A stretch of DNA of 64,000 nt from Candidatus Poseidoniaceae archaeon (GCA_938084675.1 CALKGM010000012.1:12678-76677), one strand, 5' to 3'. Shown: positions 1 through 10,242, counted from the stretch's first letter. The notes: a model not told the origin generated them from the sequence alone. A program made the numbers and translations.

Positions 1-415
1 TGCGGCGAGCACCTCGGCCGAGTTGATGTTTAGGCTCCTTACGACGTGGGTCGTTAACGAGAAGACTGCGGTCGAAGCGCAGGTACTCATCGCGAAGTTC
101 CTCATCAATGCCTTCTGCTCCGCCATTGTAGTGGACAAGGCCACGGGCGATAGCGGTTCGGATAGCGTCGGTTTGTCCCATGATTCCCCCACCGTTGGTG
201 GTGATGGAAATGTCAACCTTGCTCAAGCGGTTCATGGCGTCGGCGATGACCAACGGCTCCATGGACTTGCGGCGAGCAAGTGAAGGTTGAAGAATTTCAA
301 TAGGTTCTGAGTTGACGCGAACACGGCCTTTTCCGGCCTTTACCGATGCACGTGCAACGGCTGTCTTGCGCTTTCCTGAGGATTCAACTGATTTTTTCTT
401 TCGTGCTGCCATCAT
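1..415 (-). CDS. rps9: 30S ribosomal protein S9 (3' part runs off the window start)
   Basis: Minus-strand translation from the ATGATG at 415/412 gives MMAARKKKSVESSGKRKTAVARASVKAGKGRVRVN...GGGIMGQTDAIRTAIARGL, typical S9. The start overlaps the L13 stop (ATGA). The ORF is not in the track because it is truncated by the window edge. Confidence 0.8.
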   Translation of the reverse strand, partial: MMAARKKKSVESSGKRKTAVARASVKAGKGRVRVNSEPIEILQPSLARRKSMEPLVIADAMNRLSKVDISITTNGGGIMGQTDAIRTAIARGLVHYNGGAEGIDEELRDEYLRFDRSLLVNDPRRKEPKHQLGRGARR

Positions 416-906
416 TGTTCACCTCCGGTCCATCGATGCGTTGGAGCACCCAAATCTGCGCTAATGTCGCCCAGACGGATGAAACGCTCAGGAAGGTCTC
501 GTCGGAATTTGCTGTCGTCACCGTGTTGGTGTCCTTCAGGTAGGTCGCCGGCCAAATGGCTTGGGCATCCAATTTCAACCCGTAGGTTACGAAGGGCACG
601 ACGGCCACTGCTCTTCTTTTGGTACGGTAGCATACCTCGGACAGAGCGCTTGAGGATCATGTCTGGCATACGTGGGTAGAACGGCCCCTTACGGGCGTGG
701 TTCAACGCATACTTTTCGTGATAGTTGTCAAGAACAGATCGTGGTCGTCCAGAGACGATTGCTTTCTCTGCGTTGATGATGATAACTTTGTCATCACGGT
801 GCTCTCGTGCTGCTTTGAGCAAGAGTTCTGCAGAGGCGGAAGCCAGACGACCCAAAATGAGTCCATCGGCGTCGAATACGTAGGTTGTTTCATCCAAGGA
901 TAACAA
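412..906 (-). CDS. rpl13: 50S ribosomal protein L13
   Basis: N-terminus MLSLDETTYVFDADGLILGRLASASAELLL matches the L13 signature (LGRLAS). Sits in the conserved archaeal L18e-L13-S9 order. Confidence 0.8.
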   Translation of the reverse strand: MLSLDETTYVFDADGLILGRLASASAELLLKAAREHRDDKVIIINAEKAIVSGRPRSVLDNYHEKYALNHARKGPFYPRMPDMILKRSVRGMLPYQKKSSGRRALRNLRVEIGCPSHLAGDLPEGHQHGDDSKFRRDLPERFIRLGDISADLGAPTHRWTGGEQ

Positions 907-1255
907 CCCCCGTGCCTGTTGGGTTTTCGTTCATCAGCTCGCCGTAGGTCATAAAACGACCTCCAGCGGCTTCTATTTTCTCACGTGCGCCGTTGCTGAC
1001 ACTGTAGGCGGCGATGGTATGACCATTGGTCAACTCACCTGAGCCAAGCAGCTTACCCGGTACGAGGATGGTTGCACCCTCGGGGGCGTAGCGGCTTACA
1101 CGGCTAAGGTTAGGTTGGGCCCAATTCTTACGGCTCTTTGAGAGTCGCAAGGCCACATCTCGCCAAACAGCTACTCCGGTGTCGCGAGACTGGGCTTTCA
1201 ACTGGCCAATCATGTTGACCAGTCGGGCGTTTGTCTTACGTTCTGGGTTACTCAT
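890..1255 (-). CDS. rpl18e: 50S ribosomal protein L18e
   Basis: 121 aa, MSNPERKTNARLVNMIGQLKAQSRDTGVAVWRDVALRLSKSRK...VPGKLLGSGEL, typical L18e. Immediately upstream of L13. Confidence 0.8.
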   Translation of the reverse strand: MSNPERKTNARLVNMIGQLKAQSRDTGVAVWRDVALRLSKSRKNWAQPNLSRVSRYAPEGATILVPGKLLGSGELTNGHTIAAYSVSNGAREKIEAAGGRFMTYGELMNENPTGTGVVILG

Positions 1256-1391
1256 TTGACTCCCTCGATGCTTTGAAGCAAGTCGCCGACCGTCCCTCCC
1301 ATTATGAAGGCACCGACGCGAGTATAATCCTGGTCGCGTCGCTGTCCAGCGGTTTAAGCCCTAGCAGTGAGGCGATTTTATGGTTTCAGAT

Positions 1392-1835
1392 TCACTCGAG
1401 GAGGATTTCGCCTTTCGCGTCCAGAAGCTCAACCGTAAGGCCAGAAGCGCGGGCTTGAATGATGATTTCGTCGTGAAGTGTATCCGAGAAATCGTCAAGA
1501 GCACCAAGCGCAGTAATTCCCGCTACATCTGTCAAGCGATCAATGAGGTGATTCAGGATACAACTGACTCCGTAAGCTTGTCCAGCGCGGAATGCATGGT
1601 CTGGGCTTCCAACTTCAGGGTCTTCGGCCTTCATTCGTAGCATAACGGTTTGAGAGTAAGCAACGAGAGCGCCATAAATGGACTCAATAATCTGAGCAGC
1701 CTCAAGGTCACCAAGGAGCATCTGTGACTGTGCAAGGGCTGCGCGTACAGCTTTTTCGTACAGTCCGTGAGCACCAATGGTGTCTGAGGTTTCAATTTGC
1801 ATGGCTTGGTCAATGAGAGCTTTCCAGTCTTCCAT
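1392..1835 (-). CDS. hypothetical protein (147 aa, acidic, no recognisable motif)
   Basis: Clean ORF with an ATG start, lying between the r-protein cluster and the giant gene. Confidence 0.45.
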   Translation of the reverse strand: MEDWKALIDQAMQIETSDTIGAHGLYEKAVRAALAQSQMLLGDLEAAQIIESIYGALVAYSQTVMLRMKAEDPEVGSPDHAFRAGQAYGVSCILNHLIDRLTDVAGITALGALDDFSDTLHDEIIIQARASGLTVELLDAKGEILLE

Positions 1836-1930
1836 GAATCGTCACAGGACCGCCACCATTTGAAGGTTAAGGCGGATTTGCTCTGGCTCTCGCTCAAATG
1901 CATCCTACAAGGGGAGGCTTTCTAGCGGTC

Positions 1931-4900
1931 TCAAATCTTGAAATCTGAGCCTTCGCCTTCAACAATTCCTGCTTGACGAACGGTACCATCGGCTGCGACA
2001 AATTGCCCAGCCTTGGTTTGGTTCTCATACAAACTTGCCACGTCGACACGCTTCACGACCGATTCTTCTCCTAGAGACATCGTCAAGGAATTGGTGATGC
2101 CGTTGAGGGTCTGAATGGCTCGGTCACGGTGTGTTGCGTCAATCGTATGTTCGGAATAGCGGGCTTCTTCAAAGATTGACAAGAAGTCGTCCATTTGGTC
2201 GGTTGGGACCATGCTGAATGCCGTTCGGACTGCAGCCTCGAATTCACGGGCTGTTTCGTAGACCTTCTTCATGAAGCCGTATTTCTTGAAGTGCTTGACG
2301 AGGCTCTTGTAGCAGTCAAAGATTGCTGCAATGTATTCGTTGCTTGCTTCAAGTTGCATCATTGCATCGGTCAGGATACCACGTAGAGCCTGTACCTGTC
2401 GGCGCTCTTGGACACGTCGGTAGTAAACCGCACCTGCAATCAAGAGGGACATCAGTACAATAGCAAAGGCTACGAGGTTTCCAGGAGACAGCAAACTGTT
2501 GGCTCCCAAGTTATCGCTACCTTCCAAGTAAGTGATTTCGTGCGTGATGTTATCCGTTGAGGCTGCAAAGTACGTTGAGCCGTCGTAATAGGCGGTAATT
2601 CTCCACTCACCGCTGCATCCAGGGACACCGTCACACGTTGGCCCGGTGAATTTCCAGCTAAAGGAAGCGATTCCTTGTTCATTGGTTCGCGATTTGTTGT
2701 TCAAATCTGAAAGCACCCATTCGCTGGAATTTGTGTCAAAGTACTGGTAGGCGAAGATGACTTCTTCGTTTTCTACAGCCAAATCAAGACGGTTTCGCAG
2801 CAAGGCGACTTCTCCGTAGATCGTATCTCCAACATCTGCACCGTTTTCACCCGAGTTGCTCCAAGTGGTCTTAACTTGAATATCAACACGTGAGCGAACG
2901 AGGACTTCAATGTCCATAGCCGACCCGTTCAAGGCTCCCGAGTTGTCTTTGTCACAACCACCAGGGACGTTTCTATCTGGTTCAAACGCAACTCGGAGCG
3001 TGCGGAAACCTTCCAGCTTACCACCGGTAGTTTCTACGCCTTTGAGAGTTGGATTCTGGTCCGGATTTGCACTGAACCACTCAATGCTTCCATCGATGTT
3101 GCTCGTTCGGATGGTCGCCAAAGGACGAACTTGCTCGTTCGGGTCAAGGTAGATGTTGAGGCACTTTCCACCAACATACTGTCCGTTGGACTGTGCCAAG
3201 AACGCATCTATGTGGAAGGATTCCTTCAGGTAAAGAACTGGGTATCGTGAACCGTTAGGAGCGACGAACTGGTCGACACTTGACATGAACGGTCCAACTT
3301 CGGTGATTTGAAGCGTAGAGTTCGAGAAGACCTCAAATTCGGTCTGAACCGACTTGTTCTCGTATCGGTATGCATCGTTGTTATCGTAAGCAGAGTAGGT
3401 TACTGTAACCTTAGCCTTTCCAGCCATCACGTCAGAGAGAGGGCAGGTGATTCCAAAGTATCCATCGCTGTCAGTCGTTCCAGATTGACAGGCAACTGGC
3501 CCAGTCTGTCCGTTGACCATCTCGTAATTGACACGGATAGAACGGTCTGTAAGATTCACGCCGAGTTCATCGGTGAGTTGTCCTGTGACAATCATTGGTT
3601 TTGGAATGACTTCACCCGTCATTGAGTCAATTTCACTCGTGTAAACGATTTGATCGTCGACGGTCATCACTGTGCGGCCAATCAAGGAGAAGCCGTTTGC
3701 ATTGTTGGTCATCACAAGCCGGAAATGGTCGTTTCCAGGAATTTGGAGACATGGGTCCCATGCTCCCTGTATGCCCAGGTAACTAACGTCCAATTCTTGA
3801 CATCCTTCGTTTGGTAGAGTTTCGTGGAATCGCAGAATCACGTTGACCGGCCCAAATCCATCCGGGAGGAAGGATTCAGGGTCGTCGCGAAGGAGTTGCG
3901 GATTGAGTGGGCTCACGTTGGATTTCAAACATCCAATGGTTTCCTCGGCCTCCAAACCATCACCATCAATATCTCGGTCTGGTATGTTATCGCCGTTTCC
4001 GTCATAGAAACAGAGGTGAGAGCCGTCTGATTCAATTTCTGGCAGCGAGACAACACCCGCACTTGGGGCAACTGTTGCGACAACTTGGCGATGGAGTGTT
4101 CCTTCGAAGTCAGTTCCTTCAAAGATCACATCAACAAGTCCGCCGTTCGGTGCGCTTGAGCCAGTAAGGGCTGAACCGCCTGTATCGCGAATGAGCGTCT
4201 TGTTATCATCGGTTAGTTGTGCCGTGAAGTCCCATTTATCTCCCGAACGCCGTATGTTATCCTCTGCAGAGAGCACCTGCATGTAGGTACGAGATACCAC
4301 CCAAACAGATTGTGATGCTGTGTTGCCCTTCATGAGCGACGTTCCGGGATATTCAAACTGCAACGTGAAGTTGCCCAAATCGTCCTGAGCAGAGATGTTG
4401 AATGGGATTTCAAAGAATCCATTGCTGTCCGTGTAGTTGATTCCGGTTCTCCCATCAAATGACCACGTGTAGTTAACCGGTGCATTTCGTACAGGCTGCA
4501 GTGAGTTGTCAACAAGTTTCGCCTGGATGGTTGTGTTGGTGTTACGATACAAACGAGGCACAGAGGTCGTGATGAAGTCTGTTGTTCCAACAACGGTGAC
4601 GTTGATGTATGCGCCTGTGGTTGCGAGCGTGGAAGAGTTTCCAGTGAAGTAGTAAGCAGAGTTGGCAAAGTCAACTCGCACACCGTAGGTCCCAGCAGCG
4701 TATTGACTGAACCAAGACCAGTTGTAGTCGAAGGTTGCGTCGCCATCCTTCATGATAGGGCGTTGCGTAAATGCAGTTTCACCGGCACCGATGAACTGAC
4801 CATTCTTATCAACGTCAACCTGAAGCGAAACTGCATCTTGGTCCCATGCATCGTTGGTACGGTTCGTAACCGTTCCAATAATTTGGAGGGATTCTCCAGT

Positions 4901-7900
4901 GTTCATCTCTGGAACGATTTCACAACGCACAGGGCTGTTTGGATCGTTACGGTCAACTGGGCCGCACGGAGGAAGGTTTCCATCTCCACCGTTCACCAAA
5001 TTGATGAACCAATGAGTTCCATTAGCTGACAAGAACGGACGAAGGCTTGCTGCTTGGCCTGTGAGGCTGCTTGGAGTTCCGTCCCAAGAGGTTGGGTAAG
5101 GCTTGAACGAGGACACGTCGTTGTAATCAACGCCTGCTAAATCCAGAGCTGGTTGGTGGAACAGTGTTGCCCAGTCACCAAAGGTACCATCGCCGTTGTT
5201 AACCGTTGCGTCGTAGTAATAAATCGGGCTAAGACCGTCAATGATCATGGTTCCTTCGATGTTCATGCGATGCATGACACGGACTGAGAACGGATCTGCT
5301 TCATCACCGTTTAAGAACGGGAATGGCCACTCGGATGCGAGTTCAGGAGATACACGAGCGATGATTTCAATGTCCCCGGCAGGGAGGCTTGTGTTGGTGT
5401 AGTTGTAACGCACAGCTTCACCTACAGAATCCAAAACGATGTCGTGTTGGGCAGTTTGAGCATTCCATACGATTTCTTCGTATGCTCCAAGCGTTTGTCC
5501 GACTCCATTATCGGCGCTTGAATTGAATTGTACCTGCTTCCAAGTTCCGCTGATACCTAGGTCTTGAACGAAGGTAAGAGAGGCCCATCCAGTGGCGTCT
5601 GTTCGGTAACCGTTATTGCCCAATCCGGTAAAGTTTGTAGGCGCAGTGAGGTTTCCAAAGAGCCCTCCGAAGATGGAGAAGGTAATCGGTGAGTTCTTGA
5701 TTCGGTTATCGAACAATCCCCGGTCCCAATCCGCTTCGTAATGGGCCTTGAAGTCAAGCCAGAACGGTTGTTCATCGCTTCTGAAATAGGTCCATGCTGA
5801 ATAATCAACCGTCATGTTTGCTTCTGCTCCGATGTAGTAAGATTGAGATTGATTTCCGTTGAATACGAACATCTCAGTTACTTCGGCGTAGACCCTGTAA
5901 GTGGTGTTATCTCCGACCGTTAGGTCTTCAGGGTATAGGAACTGTCCAACGCTGAAGTTTCCGCCTGCGTCGGTAAGGACGTTGGTGGTTTCAATGGCAG
6001 TTGTGTTGTTAGCGGTCCACTCAATGTGAACCTGAACGGGGAGTTCCGGTGCTGGTTCCACCTGATTGGAAACTGGGCTCAACCAATCAACGTGACCCGA
6101 GAAAATTGATGGGGTTTGTGCGTCCAACCAAAGGTTGTCTGGGAGATCAAGTGTGATGTAAGTTGGTAGTTTATCTTCATCATCAAGAATTCCGTTGTTA
6201 TTGCTGTCCCAATCGGAAGAGAGTTCAACATCCTCGATTTGATCCCAATCAGCGTCAATGCGTGAGTCGTTATCGTCGTCGTTGTCAATTGCGTCTGGGC
6301 CGGTTCCGGCATCCAATGGGTTAGCCATAGCCTCGCCATTACCAAAGTCATCGTGGTCCCAAGGGTTGGTTGAGTTGCGGTCAAAGCGTGTAGGCCAGAG
6401 GAGAACTTCGTCTTCATCTTTCATACCGTCTTGGTCGTCATCTTCGTCAATATCGTCACGGGCGCCGTCGTTATCATGGTCAAATGGAGCGGTAATGCTT
6501 TCAAGCAATTCTGCTGCGTTGGTCAAGCCATCACCGTCCCAATCATCGTCAGCCCAGTTTATGATGCCGTCGTTGTCATTGTCAAAGGTGGATTGTTCTT
6601 CACCCCAGAAACATCCTGGAAGAAGTTCCTGGTCTACGTCCATTCGGCCGTCGTTGTCGTCATCTGGGTCTTCCCCGTCGGGGATACCGTCGTTGTCATT
6701 GTCAACGTCGTAAATACTTGGGCTGCGGAGACCTTGCGATAGAATACCTCGGTCCCATACCGACTGGAAGAATCCGTCGTCATCTGCGTCCGCATCGTTA
6801 CCGTCATCATCGTTATCATCGCAGTTTGTTCCTTGGAAGAAATTGCCGTTGTTTTGACCGGTATCGTCATCCAGGTCAAAGTTAGTATCAATTTCAAAGA
6901 AATCCCAGATACCGTCGTTATCATCGTCAACATCGTACCAGTCGTAGATGGCGTCGTAATCGTCGTCCAAGTCTACTGTTGAATTTGTGAAGTCACCATC
7001 GACGTCACCATCAACATCGTTCTTGAGTAAATCTGCCCCCAATTCATCGGGGAAATCTGCTTCTGGGCCATTATCTGTATTCCACTGCCAAAGACCAGTT
7101 GCCAGACCAATCCATGTGACATAGGCGTCACGGTTGTTGTTCATTTGCACGTAGGTTAGGCCTGAGTCAATATTTCCATCGCCGCCGAAGTCATAATGGT
7201 AACATCCACCTTGTGCGCCAGGGGTACAGCTCCAGTTTCCTGAAGGTCCACCTGCTGTTGCACCTTGGTCAAAGTTAGCATCTGCACGAGTTGAGTAAGG
7301 AGAGCCGAATTGTGCGTTGACTCCGTTCAGAGGCATCTTGTAGGCTAGAGCATAGGAGTATCCGCAGACATATCCTTGGGCCAAGTTACCAGCGGTCCAT
7401 CCACAAACAGAGAGGTTGTAACTTCCTCCCATCTTGATGTCGTTGATATCGAGTACTCCGTCGTTACCTTCGTCTTGGTCCCACCAATCGGGCATCCCAT
7501 CTGCATCTTGGTCAACGTCCAATCCGTTGATGAGAGAGTCGCCGTCTGAATCGATATCCCACTCGTTAGCTCCGTTATATGGAGACCAGCGGGCGAAGAA
7601 GAACCAGTAAAATTCTGGGACGGTTCCAGGGGTCACTGGAGTGGTGGTTGCGTCATATCCGTTGTAATCAAGAACAACGTCGGCGAAAGGATAGTGTTGG
7701 AAAACCATGTTCCAGTGGTCCGACGAGTTGGTTCCGTAGAGTTGCCCATCTGAACTTCCGTCAATGTTGCCTCCGTCGTTGACGGGGTAATATGGAGTCC
7801 CGAATGAGTCGGTTGCATCGTAATCAAGAACACCGCAGTTTCCGTCGTCTGGGTCAAACAGGTCCGATACACCATCGTTATCGTCGTCCCAATCTATGCT

Positions 7901-10030
7901 GTTTTCTAGCCCATCGCCGTCAATATCAGAATCTACGTCGTTGGGTCCATCGTCACGATAGAGAGCACCGTTAATGACGTGCAAATCGTTGTCGTTGTCC
8001 AAGTCGCAGTCCCAATCAATGTCAAGCAAATCAATGATACCGTCGTTATCGTCGTCCACGTCATCCCAGTTGTCAACTCCGTCACCGTCCCAATCATTGA
8101 ATTGGGAAAAGGATGCTCGGCGTGTTTGACACTTTGGATCTGGATTTACAGGGTTGGGATTTGCTTGTGTTGGACAGTTCCAGGTAGCAACGATTGCATT
8201 GTCGTCCAATGGGAACGAGTCGTTTTCGTTGTCAATGTTGTCGTTATCCGTATCGTAAGGGATATCGGCGCCGCCAACGGCAAAGTTTCCAAGATTGTCT
8301 GGGGATCCTGTGCCTCCCATGTCGGTATCAAGCCAGTCATAAATTCCGTTGTAATTTTGGTCAAACGGTCGGCGAAGATCATCGTCAAGGTCGCTGTCGT
8401 AGTCAATTTCACAATCAATTACGTTGTCTCCGTTGCTGTCAGCACCAGGAATTTGGAAGATTGCCGTCGAGACGGTTGCGACATCAATTCTCGCTCCCGA
8501 GTTTCCACCAGAAATGATGATGCTGTCTCCTGCAGAGAACCCTCGTCCACCGTCACTGATGGTCACCGAAGTTACTGCGCCTCCTATTGCAACGATGTCA
8601 ACAAGAAGGTCCATTCCAGACCCGCTTGCAGGTACGTTAGTTGCTGTGACATAACCAGCGCCGCCTTGAAGGGAAGCGCTGCTAAATCCAGTCACAACAC
8701 CGTTCTTTGTTCGAGTGTAATCGCTCATCTCATCCCCATTTGTGTCGATTTCAACACATGTATCGGGGATTCCGTCGTTGTCATCGTCTGGGTCAACCAT
8801 GTCGAGGATACCGTCGTTATCGTCGTCAGTATCTGCACTGTCAGGCGTACCGTCATTGTCGTTGTCGGGGTCAAGGAAGTTAGGTGATCCGTCACCATCC
8901 AAGTCACCGTCAACAATGGTGCTGAAGGAAGGAGTTCCTTGCGCACCTTGTGCTTGGAATCCTGATGCTGTTGCACCAGCTCCATTGACGCGGTTTCGCT
9001 CCCATTCAACGTAATCTACGCCGCCTGAGAAGCTACGGTATTCATTGAATACCCATGTGCGTGCTGCGGAATAATTCAGGTCGTCAGTTGTGCTGGCCAT
9101 TGCAGCCCCCATCATTGTATTAGTGATCGTAGCGTCGTACGGGTGAGCGTCCTCGACGTCAAGAACGCCGTCATTATCGTCGTCGTTGTCAAAATAATCG
9201 GGTATGCCATCGGAGTCAAGGTCGCAAGGCCATGTAAATTGGTCAATTCGTCCGTCGTTATCGTCGTCTTCATCGTAACGTCCTGGGCCTGCGCCGTCAG
9301 TGTCTTCGTCAGTCACGCCGTCGTTATCGTGATCCATTGGGTTTTGGTCGGCGAGGTAAAAGTCTCCGACGGCTCCAATGTTGGGATAATAGTGGACGAC
9401 GCTTGGGTCCAGGTAACGGTCTGTTGAAACATTGCGTGGGTCAAGTCCAAGGGCTTCAAGAGCCTCGTAATCAATGGGCCCCTCAAGGATTCCATCGTTG
9501 TCATCGTCCCAGTCGTCTATGTCTGGAATTCCATCGTTGTCATGGTCGTATGGGTCCGTTCCATAGCAACCATCGAATCGCTCGAGGAGGTCGTATATTC
9601 CATCGTTATCATCGTCCAAGTCATTCAAATCGTCTACACCATCGTTATCGTGGTCGCCGAGGTTTGTTTCTTCAAGCATGGGCGCATACAATGGAATAAC
9701 GGATTCAAGAACTGAAAGGTCGGTGATGATTCCAGATGAGATTCCAGGGTCGGACCACATCATGTTGGAAAGCGCTTCATGGGCGAGGGCGTCTACGCCA
9801 TCTTGAGGGCCGTTCCAACTGCCTTGACCGGCTTGATAGGTAGATTGGGCGAGTGATTGCCCAATGGTATCTCCTTCAATCAAGCGAGTTTCGGTTGTTG
9901 GTTCATCCCCATCATTGATGCCCTGAACAAAGGCCAACAAAGTGCTTGTAAGCATTAGGAATACAATTATCATCGCCATGGAAAATTGTTGGCGTTCTTC
10001 AATCTGTTTTGTTTCTAGTCTTGAGAGCAT
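1931..10030 (-). CDS. giant (2,699 aa) type-I membrane surface protein. N-terminal signal/anchor, ~35-40 thrombospondin-type-3-like DxDxDG calcium-binding repeats, Ig-like beta-rich C-terminal half, a single C-proximal TM helix and a ~190-aa cytoplasmic tail.
   Basis: 8.1 kb uninterrupted ORF with an ATG start. N-terminal hydrophobic segment MAMIIVFLMLTSTLLAF. Dozens of DHDNDGVxD / DDDNDGIxD motifs. T/S/N/G-rich repeated beta domains. TM helix LVAFAIVLMSLLIAGAVYY followed by RRVQERR and a 190-aa tail. Confidence 0.85.
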   Translation of the reverse strand: MLSRLETKQIEERQQFSMAMIIVFLMLTSTLLAFVQGINDGDEPTTETRLIEGDTIGQSLAQSTYQAGQGSWNGPQDGVDALAHEALSNMMWSDPGISSGIITDLSVLESVIPLYAPMLEETNLGDHDNDGVDDLNDLDDDNDGIYDLLERFDGCYGTDPYDHDNDGIPDIDDWDDDNDGILEGPIDYEALEALGLDPRNVSTDRYLDPSVVHYYPNIGAVGDFYLADQNPMDHDNDGVTDEDTDGAGPGRYDEDDDNDGRIDQFTWPCDLDSDGIPDYFDNDDDNDGVLDVEDAHPYDATITNTMMGAAMASTTDDLNYSAARTWVFNEYRSFSGGVDYVEWERNRVNGAGATASGFQAQGAQGTPSFSTIVDGDLDGDGSPNFLDPDNDNDGTPDSADTDDDNDGILDMVDPDDDNDGIPDTCVEIDTNGDEMSDYTRTKNGVVTGFSSASLQGGAGYVTATNVPASGSGMDLLVDIVAIGGAVTSVTISDGGRGFSAGDSIIISGGNSGARIDVATVSTAIFQIPGADSNGDNVIDCEIDYDSDLDDDLRRPFDQNYNGIYDWLDTDMGGTGSPDNLGNFAVGGADIPYDTDNDNIDNENDSFPLDDNAIVATWNCPTQANPNPVNPDPKCQTRRASFSQFNDWDGDGVDNWDDVDDDNDGIIDLLDIDWDCDLDNDNDLHVINGALYRDDGPNDVDSDIDGDGLENSIDWDDDNDGVSDLFDPDDGNCGVLDYDATDSFGTPYYPVNDGGNIDGSSDGQLYGTNSSDHWNMVFQHYPFADVVLDYNGYDATTTPVTPGTVPEFYWFFFARWSPYNGANEWDIDSDGDSLINGLDVDQDADGMPDWWDQDEGNDGVLDINDIKMGGSYNLSVCGWTAGNLAQGYVCGYSYALAYKMPLNGVNAQFGSPYSTRADANFDQGATAGGPSGNWSCTPGAQGGCYHYDFGGDGNIDSGLTYVQMNNNRDAYVTWIGLATGLWQWNTDNGPEADFPDELGADLLKNDVDGDVDGDFTNSTVDLDDDYDAIYDWYDVDDDNDGIWDFFEIDTNFDLDDDTGQNNGNFFQGTNCDDNDDDGNDADADDDGFFQSVWDRGILSQGLRSPSIYDVDNDNDGIPDGEDPDDDNDGRMDVDQELLPGCFWGEEQSTFDNDNDGIINWADDDWDGDGLTNAAELLESITAPFDHDNDGARDDIDEDDDQDGMKDEDEVLLWPTRFDRNSTNPWDHDDFGNGEAMANPLDAGTGPDAIDNDDDNDSRIDADWDQIEDVELSSDWDSNNNGILDDEDKLPTYITLDLPDNLWLDAQTPSIFSGHVDWLSPVSNQVEPAPELPVQVHIEWTANNTTAIETTNVLTDAGGNFSVGQFLYPEDLTVGDNTTYRVYAEVTEMFVFNGNQSQSYYIGAEANMTVDYSAWTYFRSDEQPFWLDFKAHYEADWDRGLFDNRIKNSPITFSIFGGLFGNLTAPTNFTGLGNNGYRTDATGWASLTFVQDLGISGTWKQVQFNSSADNGVGQTLGAYEEIVWNAQTAQHDIVLDSVGEAVRYNYTNTSLPAGDIEIIARVSPELASEWPFPFLNGDEADPFSVRVMHRMNIEGTMIIDGLSPIYYYDATVNNGDGTFGDWATLFHQPALDLAGVDYNDVSSFKPYPTSWDGTPSSLTGQAASLRPFLSANGTHWFINLVNGGDGNLPPCGPVDRNDPNSPVRCEIVPEMNTGESLQIIGTVTNRTNDAWDQDAVSLQVDVDKNGQFIGAGETAFTQRPIMKDGDATFDYNWSWFSQYAAGTYGVRVDFANSAYYFTGNSSTLATTGAYINVTVVGTTDFITTSVPRLYRNTNTTIQAKLVDNSLQPVRNAPVNYTWSFDGRTGINYTDSNGFFEIPFNISAQDDLGNFTLQFEYPGTSLMKGNTASQSVWVVSRTYMQVLSAEDNIRRSGDKWDFTAQLTDDNKTLIRDTGGSALTGSSAPNGGLVDVIFEGTDFEGTLHRQVVATVAPSAGVVSLPEIESDGSHLCFYDGNGDNIPDRDIDGDGLEAEETIGCLKSNVSPLNPQLLRDDPESFLPDGFGPVNVILRFHETLPNEGCQELDVSYLGIQGAWDPCLQIPGNDHFRLVMTNNANGFSLIGRTVMTVDDQIVYTSEIDSMTGEVIPKPMIVTGQLTDELGVNLTDRSIRVNYEMVNGQTGPVACQSGTTDSDGYFGITCPLSDVMAGKAKVTVTYSAYDNNDAYRYENKSVQTEFEVFSNSTLQITEVGPFMSSVDQFVAPNGSRYPVLYLKESFHIDAFLAQSNGQYVGGKCLNIYLDPNEQVRPLATIRTSNIDGSIEWFSANPDQNPTLKGVETTGGKLEGFRTLRVAFEPDRNVPGGCDKDNSGALNGSAMDIEVLVRSRVDIQVKTTWSNSGENGADVGDTIYGEVALLRNRLDLAVENEEVIFAYQYFDTNSSEWVLSDLNNKSRTNEQGIASFSWKFTGPTCDGVPGCSGEWRITAYYDGSTYFAASTDNITHEITYLEGSDNLGANSLLSPGNLVAFAIVLMSLLIAGAVYYRRVQERRQVQALRGILTDAMMQLEASNEYIAAIFDCYKSLVKHFKKYGFMKKVYETAREFEAAVRTAFSMVPTDQMDDFLSIFEEARYSEHTIDATHRDRAIQTLNGITNSLTMSLGEESVVKRVDVASLYENQTKAGQFVAADGTVRQAGIVEGEGSDFKI

Positions 10031-10137
10031 GCGGACACCTCGTAATCAATCTCCCACCGAAATACCCTATTTGAAAGGCGTGGCCCGATTGAGCGCTTGC
10101 GTATCACAGAATGACATTCGTATCATTTCCAGTGATG

Positions 10138-10211
10138 AAAGAAAAAAAGGGGGGAGGCGCCATGGGGCCGAAGCCCCAAAGCGCCTGCTGTACCCGACTC
10201 TGATGAGTCGG
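10138..10211 (-). terminator. intrinsic-terminator-like structure downstream of the GQ-repeat gene
   Basis: Read on the minus strand. A 7-bp hairpin ccgactc-tgat-gagtcgg (10194-10211). A nested GC-rich hairpin aggcgcc...tggggc-cgaa-gcccca...gcgcct (10155-10186). Then a CCCCCCTTTTTTTCTTT tract (10138-10154). All directly after the stop at 10243-10245. Confidence 0.5.
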
Positions 10212-10242
10212 TTCTTTGACAGACCGTTGGTTCACGTCAGCT

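Noticed and set aside
23-283. 86-aa plus-strand ORF at the window start
   Set aside because: Antisense to the well-supported rps9 coding sequence on the minus strand.
1255-1392. Possible tRNA or small RNA in the 137-bp spacer after rpl18e (a tRNA is often found there in archaeal r-protein clusters)
   Set aside because: I could not fold a T-arm or acceptor stem by hand; no GTTCRAATC-like element on either strand. Left unannotated pending a covariance-model search.
7979-8887. 302-aa plus-strand ORF (V/I-rich) and ~30 other ORFs of 60-150 aa inside 1931..10030 on both strands
   Set aside because: All are antisense or out-of-frame to the uninterrupted 8.1-kb giant ORF. They have low-complexity compositions typical of shadow ORFs.
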